From Gemmatimonadales bacterium (GTDB taxonomy: Bacteria > Gemmatimonadota > Gemmatimonadetes > Gemmatimonadales > GWC2-71-9), in NCBI GenBank assembly GCA_041615815.1, contig JBFJCP010000004.1:85379-149378 (forward strand): a stretch of DNA of 64,000 bases, given 5' to 3'. Of the stretch, positions 44,891 through 56,000 are shown in pieces. The notes below the pieces were generated by a model. The model was not told the origin of the DNA, ran no database searches, and was given only the letters and a program-made list of their open reading frames with translations. The position numbers were made by a program, and so were the translations under genes. How positions within the stretch are numbered: position 1 is the stretch's first letter; every line of letters starts with the position of its first letter.

Positions 44891-45394
44891 GTGGAACGTC
44901 CCAGTCGGCCGTACACCAAACCCAAGACACCGCCTCCGAGCCAGCGTCAGCCCCGGCGCCATGAGGCCGATCAGGCTGCCATCGTCGACGGCCTGCTCAA
45001 GAAGTTGCGGCACGCCGATCCCGATCTCGTGGGCCGGCGTGCCGAACGACCGGGCGCACCGAGGACGTCGTCGCCGATCGTGAGTCCCGCTCCCTTTACA
45101 CCGGACTGGCGCCGCCCGTGGCTTTGGACGTCCCTCGCCGTGGGCGTTGGTGTTGGCCTGACGCAGTGGCCGTACGCCTTCGCGTGCGGGCTCCCCCTCG
45201 CCGTCTACGCGTTCGGCTTGCTGTTGTTTCTCTCGATTGGAACGGTGGCCGGCATATCGTCGTGGCGCCATCGGCGAGCAATCGCCCACGTCGTGGCGCT
45301 GATCCTGGTGGTGGTTGGGCTCGGGCTCGCGGCGGATCTCATGCTGCCACGCCTGGGGTATGCGTACGAACAGGCCACGTGGTGGTGCCAGTGA
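44891..45394 (+). CDS. Hypothetical membrane protein (3 TM)
   Basis: GAGG SD; Pro-rich N-terminus; WPY..CG, RLGYA...WWC. Confidence 0.7.
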   Translation: MERPSRPYTKPKTPPPSQRQPRRHEADQAAIVDGLLKKLRHADPDLVGRRAERPGAPRTSSPIVSPAPFTPDWRRPWLWTSLAVGVGVGLTQWPYAFACGLPLAVYAFGLLLFLSIGTVAGISSWRHRRAIAHVVALILVVVGLGLAADLMLPRLGYAYEQATWWCQ

Positions 45395-45504
45395 CGTTGG
45401 AAGGTCGGAAACAGCACGGTCGGAAAGACGGAAGGCTGGCTGAGGGTATTCATCCAACCTTCTAGCCTTCCAACCGTTCCCTTCCTCTCCTTCTGGCATT
45501 CTAC

Positions 45505-45945
45505 CTAATCGACATGTACCACGATGTGGCGCTGGCGACGATCTTCACCGTCCAGTCCCACATCCCCCGGCGCCTCGACGGCGAGACGCGAGGTGGGCAC
45601 GCCCCGCAGCGCGAGGTGGACCCGCACCGCCTCGGCGCGGTGTTGACCCAGCTCACGATTGACCTCACCATCGCCCGAGGTGAACGCGTACCCGGCGATG
45701 CGGAGGGACACGTCCTGCGTCTCCGCCAAGATCGTGGCCAACGAATCGAGGCTCTCGAGCGAGGCGGGAAGCAGCCGCACCCGGCCCTCGGCGAATGTGA
45801 TGGGATGACTCTCGAGGAAGTGCACGATCCTGGTGCGACCGTTGTAGCTCTCGATGTGCTCACCGAGGCGTGGTCCCGCCTCGGTAAAGCACGCAACCGA
45901 GACCAGGCCTATTCCTATTCCTACCGTCAGCTTTGGCGTCAACAT
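45505..45945 (-). CDS. OmpA C-terminal-like domain lipoprotein
   Basis: Lipobox SVA-C; ITF, L.IAG, N.EL..RAEAV..L..GV..RL. Confidence 0.72.
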   Translation of the reverse strand: MLTPKLTVGIGIGLVSVACFTEAGPRLGEHIESYNGRTRIVHFLESHPITFAEGRVRLLPASLESLDSLATILAETQDVSLRIAGYAFTSGDGEVNRELGQHRAEAVRVHLALRGVPTSRLAVEAPGDVGLDGEDRRQRHIVVHVD

Positions 45946-46409
45946 GGGTGTCCTGCGTTTTCGAGTGGGCGCACGTGACGGCGATGAGTCGCAACCGCTA
46001 TGCCGTCCGCTGAGTCACTATAAGTAATTTCAACACAATAACTTGGACTGTACTGACTGCGGATACACTCGGCATACGTTGCCTGGATGCCTCAACCCGA
46101 GAGCGAAACGGTGTCTTGCTTTGCAAGACGACGTGCTTGCACGATCCACCGATCGTGTTTGATGCGACCGGTGAAGACATCCAATGGCTCGGCGACCTGC
46201 CGCATGTGGGCGAAGGACCAGGTGCCACGTTTTGGCTCGTGTCTCGATTCGGGACCCGGGAGCAGGTTCGGGGAGTGTCGGTTTGGGATGGACTGGATAG
46301 GGGGAGGCAGAGGCGGCTGGAGGCGCAGGAGGGACGCGTGTGACGGGGTTCACAGCCTCCGTCGAGCGCGCTTCGTTGATTGCCTGTTCACGACACGAGG
46401 AGGAAGCCG

Positions 46410-47156
46410 GTGGAGACGTCGCCGGTGAACGACAAACCCGCGGGTCAGACGCGGACGCTCGTTCGGGGCATTCGCCCCGGCGAGTGGGGGTGGGTGACTC
46501 CGTCGGCAGCCGTCTTGGGTCTGGCCAACTTCGTCCCGCTCCTTGGCGTGGTGTTTTTGGGATGGGAAGTCTTTCCCATCCTTTTCCTCTACTGGCTCGA
46601 GAACGTCATCGTGGGCGGGTTCAACGTGGTGCGGATGGCCACGGTGAGCCCCCGAGACATTGCGGCGTGGGTAGGGAAGCTGTTCTTGATCCCATTCTTC
46701 GTGGTGCACTATGGCATGTTCACGATGGTGCACGGCGTCTTCGTGTTCGCGCTCTTCGGCCAGAATCTGGATGTGCGCGGATTCTTTCCGAGCCTCGGGG
46801 ACGTGTGGGGTGTTTTGAACGAGTACCAGTTGGTGGTCGCGGCGCTCGCGCTCGTGGCCAGTCACGGCTTCTCGTATGGCTGGAACTTCCTCGGCAAGGG
46901 CGAATACCGACGAGCGTCACTGCAGGCGCTGATGCACCAGCCGTACCGGCGAGTGGTGGTGCTCCATCTCGTGGTCTTGCTCGGGGGGTTCGCGGTGCTT
47001 GCGCTCGGTCAACCGGTGGGCGCGCTCCTGTTACTCATCGTGCTCAAGATGGGAATCGACGTGGCCGCGCATTTGCACGAACATCGAAAGTTGCAGGACC
47101 ACGAGGAAGACTCAGCGGGCTCGTCGAGCTCCAAGACGGTCAGAAGAACACACTGA
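46410..47156 (+). CDS. DUF6498-like membrane protein
   Basis: GAGGAGG SD; LYWLENVIVG, FF.VHYG.F..VHG.F, PY.RVVVLH. Confidence 0.8.
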   Translation: METSPVNDKPAGQTRTLVRGIRPGEWGWVTPSAAVLGLANFVPLLGVVFLGWEVFPILFLYWLENVIVGGFNVVRMATVSPRDIAAWVGKLFLIPFFVVHYGMFTMVHGVFVFALFGQNLDVRGFFPSLGDVWGVLNEYQLVVAALALVASHGFSYGWNFLGKGEYRRASLQALMHQPYRRVVVLHLVVLLGGFAVLALGQPVGALLLLIVLKMGIDVAAHLHEHRKLQDHEEDSAGSSSSKTVRRTH

Positions 47157-48330
47157 GAGATGCAAAGAAGATCGTGGGAACCAGTCCGAACTCGGACGTC
47201 GGCACCCCATCTTCGAGGATGCCGTCACTTCCCACTCCCATAAAGAGCCCAGCCCGCGCACTGGCTTCATCGCTCACCGACACCGAAACGCCCGGGCTGA
47301 GGAGCGCGCTGGGATCGTTGCCGTTCAAGAGCGTGAGGAGACTCAGCCCCACGAGTGGGTGGACTTGGTAGCTTCCCTGCAGCGCGAATACGTTGGCGCC
47401 GACAACCTGGAGCTCGCCACGAGCGAAGGCTGGTGAGCGAAGGAGTGTGGCGAGGTCCCGGCTGTTTGCCGCACCGAGGCCGTCGTGCTGGTACTCGGCG
47501 ATGACATAGAGGTCGCGGTCCGCGAGAGTGACTCGCGTATCGATGCCTCCAGCGGTCCGCACCACAAAGGCGCCGTCGTCTCGCTCCCGGAACTCGGCCT
47601 CGGCACGCACGGCAACGGAACCCAGACCACCGGTGACGCCCAACCCCACCGCTGGCTTGTCATGGAGTACGCCTGCCCAGAGAGAGTATTCCCATGTCTG
47701 GATCACGCCGCGCCAACGTCCCGCCGCCGTGATCGTCACACCACCCGCGGTGTCCGATGGCCGGAGGATGAGATCCAGATCGCTCAGCGGATCGGGGAAC
47801 AGTTGCACGCGGGCGGCGTCGACTCCCGCGCGATACTCGCGGAACGGATCTGCGGGATCGAATGGGACGAATGGGTCCGCGGGCGTGAGGATCAGCGTGG
47901 TTGCCCAAGAGATGGTCTGGCGGCCGAGCGTCACATCCGCGACGGATCCGAGCGCCAGCCCGAGGTTGATCCGATCGAAACGGTGACGCCAGGTGACGTG
48001 ATCCTCAGTGGCAATGTCCCACTGGAGGTCGACCCACGTGCCTCCGCCCGGTGCGACACCCGTGGCCAGCCCCGCTGCTATCCCGGCCGCGGTCTGCTGT
48101 GTGTACGTGAAGAGGTGCTCGTAGGCGATTGCCGCGCCGAGTGGCCCGAGCGTCGGTTCGACCATGAAGCGAAGCCGCTGGAAATCCGCGAGGCCGGCGG
48201 GCGTGCCGCCGGTGGCATCGCTCCACAGTCCCACATTGAGATAGTAATTTCGGAGCCACGGCAATTGCGCGAATGCGGGCTGAGCCAGGCCCAGGGCCAG
48301 CACGAGGCTGAGCGAAGCTGCGCGAATCAC
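47140..48330 (-). CDS. Putative outer-membrane beta-barrel protein
   Basis: Signal peptide AFA-QL; LGRQTISW, EYRAGVDA, amphipathic strands, terminal Phe; last gene of Lol-like operon. Confidence 0.75.
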   Translation of the reverse strand: MIRAASLSLVLALGLAQPAFAQLPWLRNYYLNVGLWSDATGGTPAGLADFQRLRFMVEPTLGPLGAAIAYEHLFTYTQQTAAGIAAGLATGVAPGGGTWVDLQWDIATEDHVTWRHRFDRINLGLALGSVADVTLGRQTISWATTLILTPADPFVPFDPADPFREYRAGVDAARVQLFPDPLSDLDLILRPSDTAGGVTITAAGRWRGVIQTWEYSLWAGVLHDKPAVGLGVTGGLGSVAVRAEAEFRERDDGAFVVRTAGGIDTRVTLADRDLYVIAEYQHDGLGAANSRDLATLLRSPAFARGELQVVGANVFALQGSYQVHPLVGLSLLTLLNGNDPSALLSPGVSVSVSDEASARAGLFMGVGSDGILEDGVPTSEFGLVPTIFFASLSVFF

Positions 48331-49043
48331 CCCACGGCCGTAGGCGCGCGGTGCTCGTCGGATGCGACCGCCCCATCCACCAATCGAACCAGACGTCGGG
48401 CCCGCTCCATCACGCGGGGATCGTGGGTGGCAAACACGAAGGTGGTACCCAGCTCCCGATTCAGTTCTTCCATCATGTCCAAGAGCGTGTCGCTGGTGTG
48501 GGAATCGAGGTTGGCAGTGGGCTCGTCGGCGAGCACGAGTGCGGGCTCACCCACGACCGCCCGGACCACGGCAACCCGTTGTTGTTGACCGCCCGAGAGC
48601 TTTCCAGGACGGCGGTCGGCAAGCCCTTCCAGTCCCGTTCGTTTGAACAAGGCGTGCACCCGCTGCCGCCGCTCGTCGTCGTCCATTCCCTGGAGCAACA
48701 GCGGGAACTCCGCGTTCTCGAACGCGGTGAGCACCGGGAGCAGATTGTACGCCTGGAACACGAAGCCGATGTGTTCGAGGCGCATTCTGGCGAGTTCGCG
48801 GTTCGACATGGCGCTGAGTTCGCGACCCGCCACCCAAAGCTCGCCTTTCGTGGCCCTCGTGAGGCCACCCATCAAGTTGAGCAGCGTCGTCTTGCCAGAG
48901 CCGGAGGGTCCGGCCATTGCTACGAAGGCGCCCGCGTCGATTGCTAACGAGACGCCGCTCACGGCATGCACGTCTTCCGGCTCTTGCTTGAACGTTTTCC
49001 ACACGCCTTCCGTCCGCACAGCCACGCGGTCGTTGTCAGTCAT
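48327..49043 (-). CDS. ABC transporter ATP-binding protein (LolD-like)
   Basis: GPSGSGKTT, LSGGQQQR, LADEPTANLD, ATHD. Confidence 0.95.
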   Translation of the reverse strand: MTDNDRVAVRTEGVWKTFKQEPEDVHAVSGVSLAIDAGAFVAMAGPSGSGKTTLLNLMGGLTRATKGELWVAGRELSAMSNRELARMRLEHIGFVFQAYNLLPVLTAFENAEFPLLLQGMDDDERRQRVHALFKRTGLEGLADRRPGKLSGGQQQRVAVVRAVVGEPALVLADEPTANLDSHTSDTLLDMMEELNRELGTTFVFATHDPRVMERARRLVRLVDGAVASDEHRAPTAVG

Positions 49044-50317
49044 CGTTCGAATTTCATCGATTCGGCTACGTCGATGCGTGTGGCCCGGTATGCGGGATAC
49101 AGCGAGGCGATCGCACCGACTAGGAGAATGAAGACGAGTCCCTGGATGACTCGAGCGGTTCGAAAGACCGGCACCACCACTGGCTCCATGACGACGCCGG
49201 AGAAACTCCACTCTTCGTTCCACGCGAACGAGAAGTCCAGCCCGTTGCGAAAGAAGAACCATGTGAGAAAGAGTCCGAGGCCGATGCCCACCAAACCCGC
49301 GAGCGCGGTGAGCACGACCCCTTCCACCACCACCAAACCGCCCGTCTGTTGGGGAGTGAACCCGAGGGCTTGGAGCAGGCCGAACTCGCGGTACCGGTAC
49401 ATCACCGACATGAGAATCGTGTTGACGATCCCGAGTCCGATGATGGCGAACAGGATTCCCTGAAACAGATAGTTCCCGAAATCATCGATCTTGACGGCGG
49501 CATCGAGCTCGGGACTCGCCTCTCGCCAGGTGAGGACGTCCAGATCACCGGCAGCGATGATTGGCTCGAGCGAGCGACGAAGGACGCGCTGCACCGCGGG
49601 GACCCGCCGGCTCGACCGGACCAACACGGCCAGCGTGGTGACATCGTCGTTGGTCCCCAGCCATGCAGCGGCCGTGGCGAGCGGGACGTGGAGGACCGCC
49701 TGATCGATCTCGGGGATTCCCGTTCGGTACACACCCACCACGCGGACTAATTGACCGGCGATCTCACCCGCGGCGTCCTGTGTGGTCAGCACCATCCGGG
49801 ATCCAACACGCACGTCGAGGGCTTCGCGGAGCCCCTCACCGATGTAGGCGGCCAAGCGATCGTCGGGCTCGAGGTAACGACCGTCCACGAGGCGGTCGTC
49901 CAGGATGGAGAAGCGCGCTTCGGCGAGCGGATCTACCGCCATGATCTGCGCGGGCCGCGCCCCCGCGGGCGAGCTCGCCAATCCTCCCACACTCACCATG
50001 GGGACCACGTCGAGGATTTCATCCGCCAACTGCGGGCTGGCCAGGGCCTCTGCGGCCACGCGACGCGCGCCGGCTGGGACCCGATCGTCGATCTTCCGGC
50101 TGGCCAGATACCCCGGCGCTTGAATCACAATGTGGCCTGTGCCCATCCGCACGGCGGACTCTATCCAATCCTCATGGGTCCCATCTGCGATGGGCAAGCT
50201 GAACATGAGCAGCGTCCCACCGATGATCATCGCGGTTGCGGTGAGTGTGGTCCGGCGTGCCTGCCGCCGCAGGTTCCGGAGGGCGAGGCGCACCATTACC
50301 GCTACGCGGGTCGTCAT
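49040..50317 (-). CDS. ABC permease (LolC/E, FtsX-like)
   Basis: LALRNLRRQARRT, NTILMSV.YR.REFGLLQALG, SLYPA.RA. Confidence 0.9.
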   Translation of the reverse strand: MTTRVAVMVRLALRNLRRQARRTTLTATAMIIGGTLLMFSLPIADGTHEDWIESAVRMGTGHIVIQAPGYLASRKIDDRVPAGARRVAAEALASPQLADEILDVVPMVSVGGLASSPAGARPAQIMAVDPLAEARFSILDDRLVDGRYLEPDDRLAAYIGEGLREALDVRVGSRMVLTTQDAAGEIAGQLVRVVGVYRTGIPEIDQAVLHVPLATAAAWLGTNDDVTTLAVLVRSSRRVPAVQRVLRRSLEPIIAAGDLDVLTWREASPELDAAVKIDDFGNYLFQGILFAIIGLGIVNTILMSVMYRYREFGLLQALGFTPQQTGGLVVVEGVVLTALAGLVGIGLGLFLTWFFFRNGLDFSFAWNEEWSFSGVVMEPVVVPVFRTARVIQGLVFILLVGAIASLYPAYRATRIDVAESMKFER

Positions 50318-51576
50318 AGTCCCGACAGCGTGTCGGCAGGTGGGATCCGCGCGGCTCTGGCCGCTGGGTAGAGCGCCGCCAGCACGGCCGTGAGGAGCAA
50401 TGCGCCGGATGCCCACAACGCAATCGCTGGCCGATATTCGACGCGGAGCACAGGGCGCACGAGGGCGCCAAACATGGTGAAATCGCCGTACGCCCAACTC
50501 ATGTCGGGTGGAGCGTTATGCCACCACACGAGAATTGGGAACGACACCAACACGCCGCCGATGATGCTCAACAGCCCCAGCGCCAACGCCTCAAGCACCA
50601 CGGTGAGCATGACGGCGGGAGGGGTCGTACCGAGGGCCAGGAGTACTGCGAATTCGCGGCGGCGCTCGAACGTGGCCATGAGCATCGTGTTGGCCACGCC
50701 GAACACCGCGATGCCGAACACGATGGCTAGTACCACCCAATTCCAAGTACCCACGAGGCGCACGTAGTCCTGCATCTCCGGCCGGAGCTCCGTCCATGGT
50801 GCCACCTCCACGGGCGATCCCGACGCGCCCAGCCGTTCCCGCAGCCGCGCGGCCGCGTCCGGTGCCAGCCACGGATCGGCTGTGGTGGCGGCAATCTCGT
50901 GAATCCGGCGAGGGTCCAGTGCGAGGAGAGCTTGCAGCGTGGCGAGGTCCAGGAGAGCGTAGGAGCCGTCGAGCTCGGTCATCCCGGTCCGAAACACACC
51001 GGACACGGTGAACAGGTCATTGCCCATCGACCCGTCCGCTGCGGGCGCGACGACCACAACTTCGTCACCCAGATCCACGGCGAGCTGGCGTGCCATCTCG
51101 ACCCCAACCGCAATCGCGTGACTTCCCGCCTGTGGCAGGTGGCCCCGAGTCACTCCCTGTGCCAACCGGCTGACCTGGGGCTCCAGCTGTGGGTGCATAC
51201 CCATGAGGATCGCGGCGGTCGTGGCCTCACCCGAGCTCACGAGCCCGCCGGCGAACACCCGCGGCGCCGCCGCGGCGATGGCTGGCTCCTCTTCAACGGT
51301 CCGGAGCAGCGCGTCCACGTCCGCACCCTCGCGTCCACCGATGGTCTCATAGAGGCTGCGCTCTGGCCGGTAGTCGGTCGCGTGCACCTGGAGTTGTCCC
51401 GTGAGGAGCCCGGTCCCGTTCTCCACCATCTCCACGGTGAGTCCGTCCATGAGTCCCACCATGAGCACGACGGCGCAGTACCCGAAGGCGAGTCCAGCAG
51501 CGGTAATCAGGGTGCGGCGCCGATTTCTCCCGAGGTTGCGCCATCCGATCCGCCACCAGGGATTGGCCACGGTCAC
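50314..51576 (-). CDS. ABC permease (LolC/E, FtsX-like)
   Basis: WRNLGRNRRRT, NTMLMATFERRREFAVLLALG, LYPAARAA. Confidence 0.9.
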   Translation of the reverse strand: MTVANPWWRIGWRNLGRNRRRTLITAAGLAFGYCAVVLMVGLMDGLTVEMVENGTGLLTGQLQVHATDYRPERSLYETIGGREGADVDALLRTVEEEPAIAAAAPRVFAGGLVSSGEATTAAILMGMHPQLEPQVSRLAQGVTRGHLPQAGSHAIAVGVEMARQLAVDLGDEVVVVAPAADGSMGNDLFTVSGVFRTGMTELDGSYALLDLATLQALLALDPRRIHEIAATTADPWLAPDAAARLRERLGASGSPVEVAPWTELRPEMQDYVRLVGTWNWVVLAIVFGIAVFGVANTMLMATFERRREFAVLLALGTTPPAVMLTVVLEALALGLLSIIGGVLVSFPILVWWHNAPPDMSWAYGDFTMFGALVRPVLRVEYRPAIALWASGALLLTAVLAALYPAARAARIPPADTLSGL

Positions 51577-52364
51577 CGCCCCCCCGCGCGGAGTGAGCGC
51601 AGCGAGAAGAAACTCTCGGACAGTGAGATGTCGAACTCGACCTTGCTATAGCGGATCACGGTGCGCTCGCCGGGCTTGTCCTGGGGCAGCATTTCCATGA
51701 CCGCTGGAACCAGCCGACCCCCCATCTCGCGGAAGTCGCCGAACGTGAGCACGCGAACGAGCGTGTCGTCTTCGTCGTAGTAATGCGCCCACGTCGGCAT
51801 GAGGTCTCGCTTTCGCACCTGATACTCGATATGGCCCCACACGACGGCCGCCTCGGATTTGGGCGTGAGCACGAACTCCCACACGTCGTCACCATCACGT
51901 ACGCCGTCGAAGGCGATGGCGATGTCGTAGTCCTCGACCAGTCGGCTTTCCTTCACGAGATCGTCGTTGGTGAAATGCGATCCCATCCACGATCCCATCA
52001 TGAGGGATGCCGGGATCTTGATGGTGCGGTCCACGCGGGGTAGGTAGTTCCAGATGTCGTCGCCGGCTTTGAGCGTAGCGGTGCCGGCTTCCTTGCGGGG
52101 TGCCGTGACCCGAATCAGCGAGTATTCGGTGCCGAGGGACCACACCTCCATGGTGACGCTTCGTTCCCAGTGTTCGGTCACGACGTCCATCGTGGCCACG
52201 CCGTAGCTCGATTCACCTCGCAAGATGCGATCGACGCGATCGATGATCTCGCGAGGGGTCTCCTGGGCGGATCCGGAGGATGCCATGGCGAGGACGGCTG
52301 CGGTGAGCGTGAACGCCCGTCCCCGGGGCGGTCTGGAGGACAGTGGTTGCAGACGCGTGCTCAT
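51573..52364 (-). CDS. Outer membrane lipoprotein-sorting protein (LolA-like)
   Basis: Signal peptide; P.KEAGTATLK, WNYLP, SWMGSHFTNDDL, FSLRSL. Confidence 0.88.
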   Translation of the reverse strand: MSTRLQPLSSRPPRGRAFTLTAAVLAMASSGSAQETPREIIDRVDRILRGESSYGVATMDVVTEHWERSVTMEVWSLGTEYSLIRVTAPRKEAGTATLKAGDDIWNYLPRVDRTIKIPASLMMGSWMGSHFTNDDLVKESRLVEDYDIAIAFDGVRDGDDVWEFVLTPKSEAAVVWGHIEYQVRKRDLMPTWAHYYDEDDTLVRVLTFGDFREMGGRLVPAVMEMLPQDKPGERTVIRYSKVEFDISLSESFFSLRSLRAGGR

Positions 52365-52494
52365 GACGTATCAACCTCTTTGTGGCCGTCTAAAGATGGT
52401 ATGAGAGGAGGGTGAACAGAATGAAGAGGCAGGACAAAGGGAGGAAGTAGGCAGATTGAAGGGTGCTGATGACAATCGCGAGCGGAACCCTTCG

Positions 52495-52962
52495 TTAGCC
52501 TGCCCGCATGGCGTGAAGGATTTTCGGCACGTGCCTGTCGATCACGAACTTGCCGATTCCCACCGTCGCGAACGTCGAGAGGAACACCCAACCCCAGAAT
52601 GGGGAGTCGGGAATGCGCGTGGTGGCCTCGGAGACCGCGGCGGCTACGAGTCCCACATACGACCAACTCATCCAGTACGCGTGCGCGGCGATCCACTGCC
52701 GCCGCGGCCAGCGAAACCGGACACACACGAGGCCCGCGACAACCGTGACGAGACTGATGAGGGCGGCGATGTGAAAGGGTCCAAAGCCGCCAAAGAGGCG
52801 ATAGATGGCCAGTGCCGTGCCGTTGAGACCCAGCATGCTGAACGCGTAGGATCGCCCAGCCAGGCGGTGGGCCCTCGTGCCTTTGGCCAGCAGCACCGTC
52901 AACAAGCCAAAGCCCAACGCGGTGAAACCGAGAGTGACGTGGATCAGCGGTATCGTGCTCAT
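52495..52962 (-). CDS. DUF2306-like membrane protein
   Basis: IH...G, KGT.AHRLAGRSY, GPFH, H.YWM.WSY. Confidence 0.78.
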   Translation of the reverse strand: MSTIPLIHVTLGFTALGFGLLTVLLAKGTRAHRLAGRSYAFSMLGLNGTALAIYRLFGGFGPFHIAALISLVTVVAGLVCVRFRWPRRQWIAAHAYWMSWSYVGLVAAAVSEATTRIPDSPFWGWVFLSTFATVGIGKFVIDRHVPKILHAMRAG

Positions 52963-53082
52963 GCCAGTGCATACGGGGTTCAGCACTCCGGGGTTTCGCC
53001 CGGTGCCGCGACGAGTGGCGATTTACGTGGCGGACTGCCTATCTTGCGACCTTCACCGAAATACGAGCTTAGCACCCGCACC

Positions 53083-56000
53083 GTGACCACACTCGACCAG
53101 CGTCTCCAAGACGCCGTAGGTGATGTCTACCGTATCGAGCGAGAGCTCGCCCGCGGCGGTATGAGCCAGCTCTTTCTCGCCACGGAGGCGTCGCTCAACC
53201 GACAGGTGGTCATCAAGCTGCTCCCGCCGGAAATGGCGAGCGCGGTCAGCGCAGCGCGTTTCAAGCAGGAAATGGAAGTCGCGGCGCAACTGCAGCATCC
53301 GCATGTCTTGCCGGTCCTCTCGGCAGGAGCCAGACACGATCTCATCTATTACGTGATGCCGTTTGTGGCGGGTGAGTCGCTCCGAACCCGCTTGAACCAG
53401 GAAGGCAAGCTCGAGGTGGATCGCGCCGTCCGGATCCTCTCGGAGGTGGCGGACGCGCTGGCCTACGCTCACGAGCATGGGGTGGTGCACCGCGACATCA
53501 AGCCGGAAAACATCTTGCTCCAACAAGATCACGCGGTGCTCACGGACTTTGGGGTTGCTCGGGCCGTGGAGCAAGCGCGGGGTGGTGAGCGACTCACTGA
53601 ACTGGGCGTGGCCGTAGGGACACCGGGATACATGTCTCCGGAGCAGGCTGCGGGCGATCGCGACGTCGATAGCCGCGCGGATGTTTACGCGCTGGCCATC
53701 GTGGGGTACGAAATGCTGACCGGCGCGGCGCCATTCACCGGCCCCACCGCCCAGGCCGTGTTGGCGGCGCACCTCACGCAGGACGCCAAGCCCGTGCACG
53801 AGGTGGAACCGACCACGCCGTCGGCCGTGAGCGCGGCGATTGCGAAAGCACTGGCTAAAGATCCTGCGGAGCGGTTTCAGTCGGCCGCAGCGTTCCGGGA
53901 CGCGCTTCGCGCCGCCACGTCGGTTCCCGCTACCGCGAGGCGTTCGTCACGGCTCCCACTCGTGGCGGCCGCGATGCTGCTCGTGATCGCCGCGGGATTC
54001 GTGCTCTGGCCGCGCGGCTATCGGATCGAGGGTGATCCCCGGCAGAGCATCGTCGTCTTTCCGTTCGAAAACAAGACAGGGGCACCGGAAAACGATTACC
54101 TCGAAGACGCATCGATGAACCTGCTGGGGCTGGCTGTAGGACATTGGGAGGACATGCGGGTTTACGATGACGAGCGCACCGGGTCGCTGCTTCGCCGCCG
54201 AGGCATCCTGACGCCTGCAGAGATCGATTTTGATGCTGCGCGGGCGATGGCGCGCGAGGCGCGGGTCGGTACGCTGGTCTTGGGCGATATCCGACGTGAG
54301 GGCAGCGAGCTGGCCATCGAGGCCAAAGTGCACGACGTGGCGTCGGGCGACCGGATCGCCACGGAGCTGGTGCGGGCGACGCCCGATGGCGATCCGCGTC
54401 CCCTGTTCGACTCGCTGGCTGCACGGATCCTTCGCGTGAGTGGCGCACCGGCAGGCGAGCGTCCCGATCTCCTGACCCAGACAACACAGTCGCTGGAGGC
54501 GTACCGCCAGTATCTCTTTGGAACGGCAGCGCTGCAGCTGCTGGAGATCGATTCGGCCAAAGCGCATCTTCGCCGCGCTGTGGCGCTAGACTCGACGTTC
54601 GCCCTCGCGTATATCCGCCTCGTGGATGCTGACGGTTGGGCCGGGGTGGAGCGTGCGAGTCCCGCCGAGCGGCGGGAATTGATTGCCAAGGCGACCGCGT
54701 ACAGTGAAAGACTACCACCGCGGTACCGCCAGCTCCTTCGGTTCCACGCCGCATACGAATCGGGACAGTTGGCGCGCGCGCGTCGGATTGCCGAGGAGAT
54801 GATCGCGCACGATTCGAGCGACGTCGAAGCCTGGTATCAGTACGGTGAGGCGCATTGGCACCATGGAGCCGGACGGTTTCCCCATCCCGACAGCCTGGGC
54901 AATATGGGCAAGGCCCTTGGAGCATTCGAGCAGACATTGCGCCTCGATTCCGGGTACGTTCTGGCCTACCTCCATCTCACGGACGTGCTCGGTTCCTGCG
55001 CCAACGACAATCCATGGCTGTGCTTGTTGAACGGTGATTCGGCCGTGTATGGAACGACGGCCGAGCTGGTGGAGCGATACGGACAGGAGCGTGTGGATCG
55101 GCTCCGCGCTGCGGCGCGCGATCGTCGGCTGGAAGCCGGGTACGCGTGGGTCGGGACTGCACCCAGCTCCGAGCGAGCACGAAACACTCTGATCAACATG
55201 CTGTTGGAGCGCGAGCTCTATGCGGAGGCAGAGAGTCAAATCGCGGTACTGCGCGCTAACGGCCAAACGGCCGTGGCCGATGGATGGGAGGCGCGGCGGG
55301 CGTTCGAGCAGGCAGAATACGCGGAGGCAGGTGCGGTCATCGAACGAGCACTGTCTGGCGGGCTCGGGGGCTTCCGGCAGCTGGCCAACGCAGGGCTCAT
55401 CGATGTCATACTCCGCTCCCTCGCCGGGGCGGCGAGATTCGAGACGCTGCAGCAGGTATTCGACATCTTGGAGCAGCTCGGACCGGGGGACACGATCAAC
55501 GCCAACAATGTCGTGCTCTCGAAGCGACTCTTCCGTCAGTGGTTCGACGCCCAAGCGGTGATCCTCCTGAGTGCGGACTCGGCCATCGTTGCTCGGGAAG
55601 CGCGCGGGTGGCTAGATACGTTGGCCGCGCACTACGAGCCCGGTACCGCGGCGCACGAAGACCGGTTGGCACAATCGGGTTCGACGGTGCTGATCGCGTA
55701 CCTGGTGGCGCGTGATAGCAGCCTTCTCAGCCAGTTCCTCGCTGATATCGACACGACGGGTTCCCGGACTTGGCGTCCGATGCTGGCCCATCTGGCCTTT
55801 GCAAGGGGAGACACGACCACGGCGCGGGCTCGCATCACAGCGCATTTCGAGCGTCGCGACGAACTCGAGCTTCGGAATCAGCCGGGGAGCGTACGTCTCG
55901 TTGCGTGGGCCGACTTGATGGCACGACTGGGACAGCCGGAGCGGGCCACGCAGGCGCTCGAGATCTTCGAGACCGACGAGGTGGGCGATAACCCGTGGGG

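Noticed and set aside
46116-46343. 75-aa ORF in the OmpA/DUF6498 spacer
   Set aside because: TTG start without SD and no recognisable motif; cannot support as a gene
52456-53082. 209-aa N-terminal extension of the kinase ORF
   Set aside because: Antisense to the DUF2306 gene; kinase homology starts at about 53083
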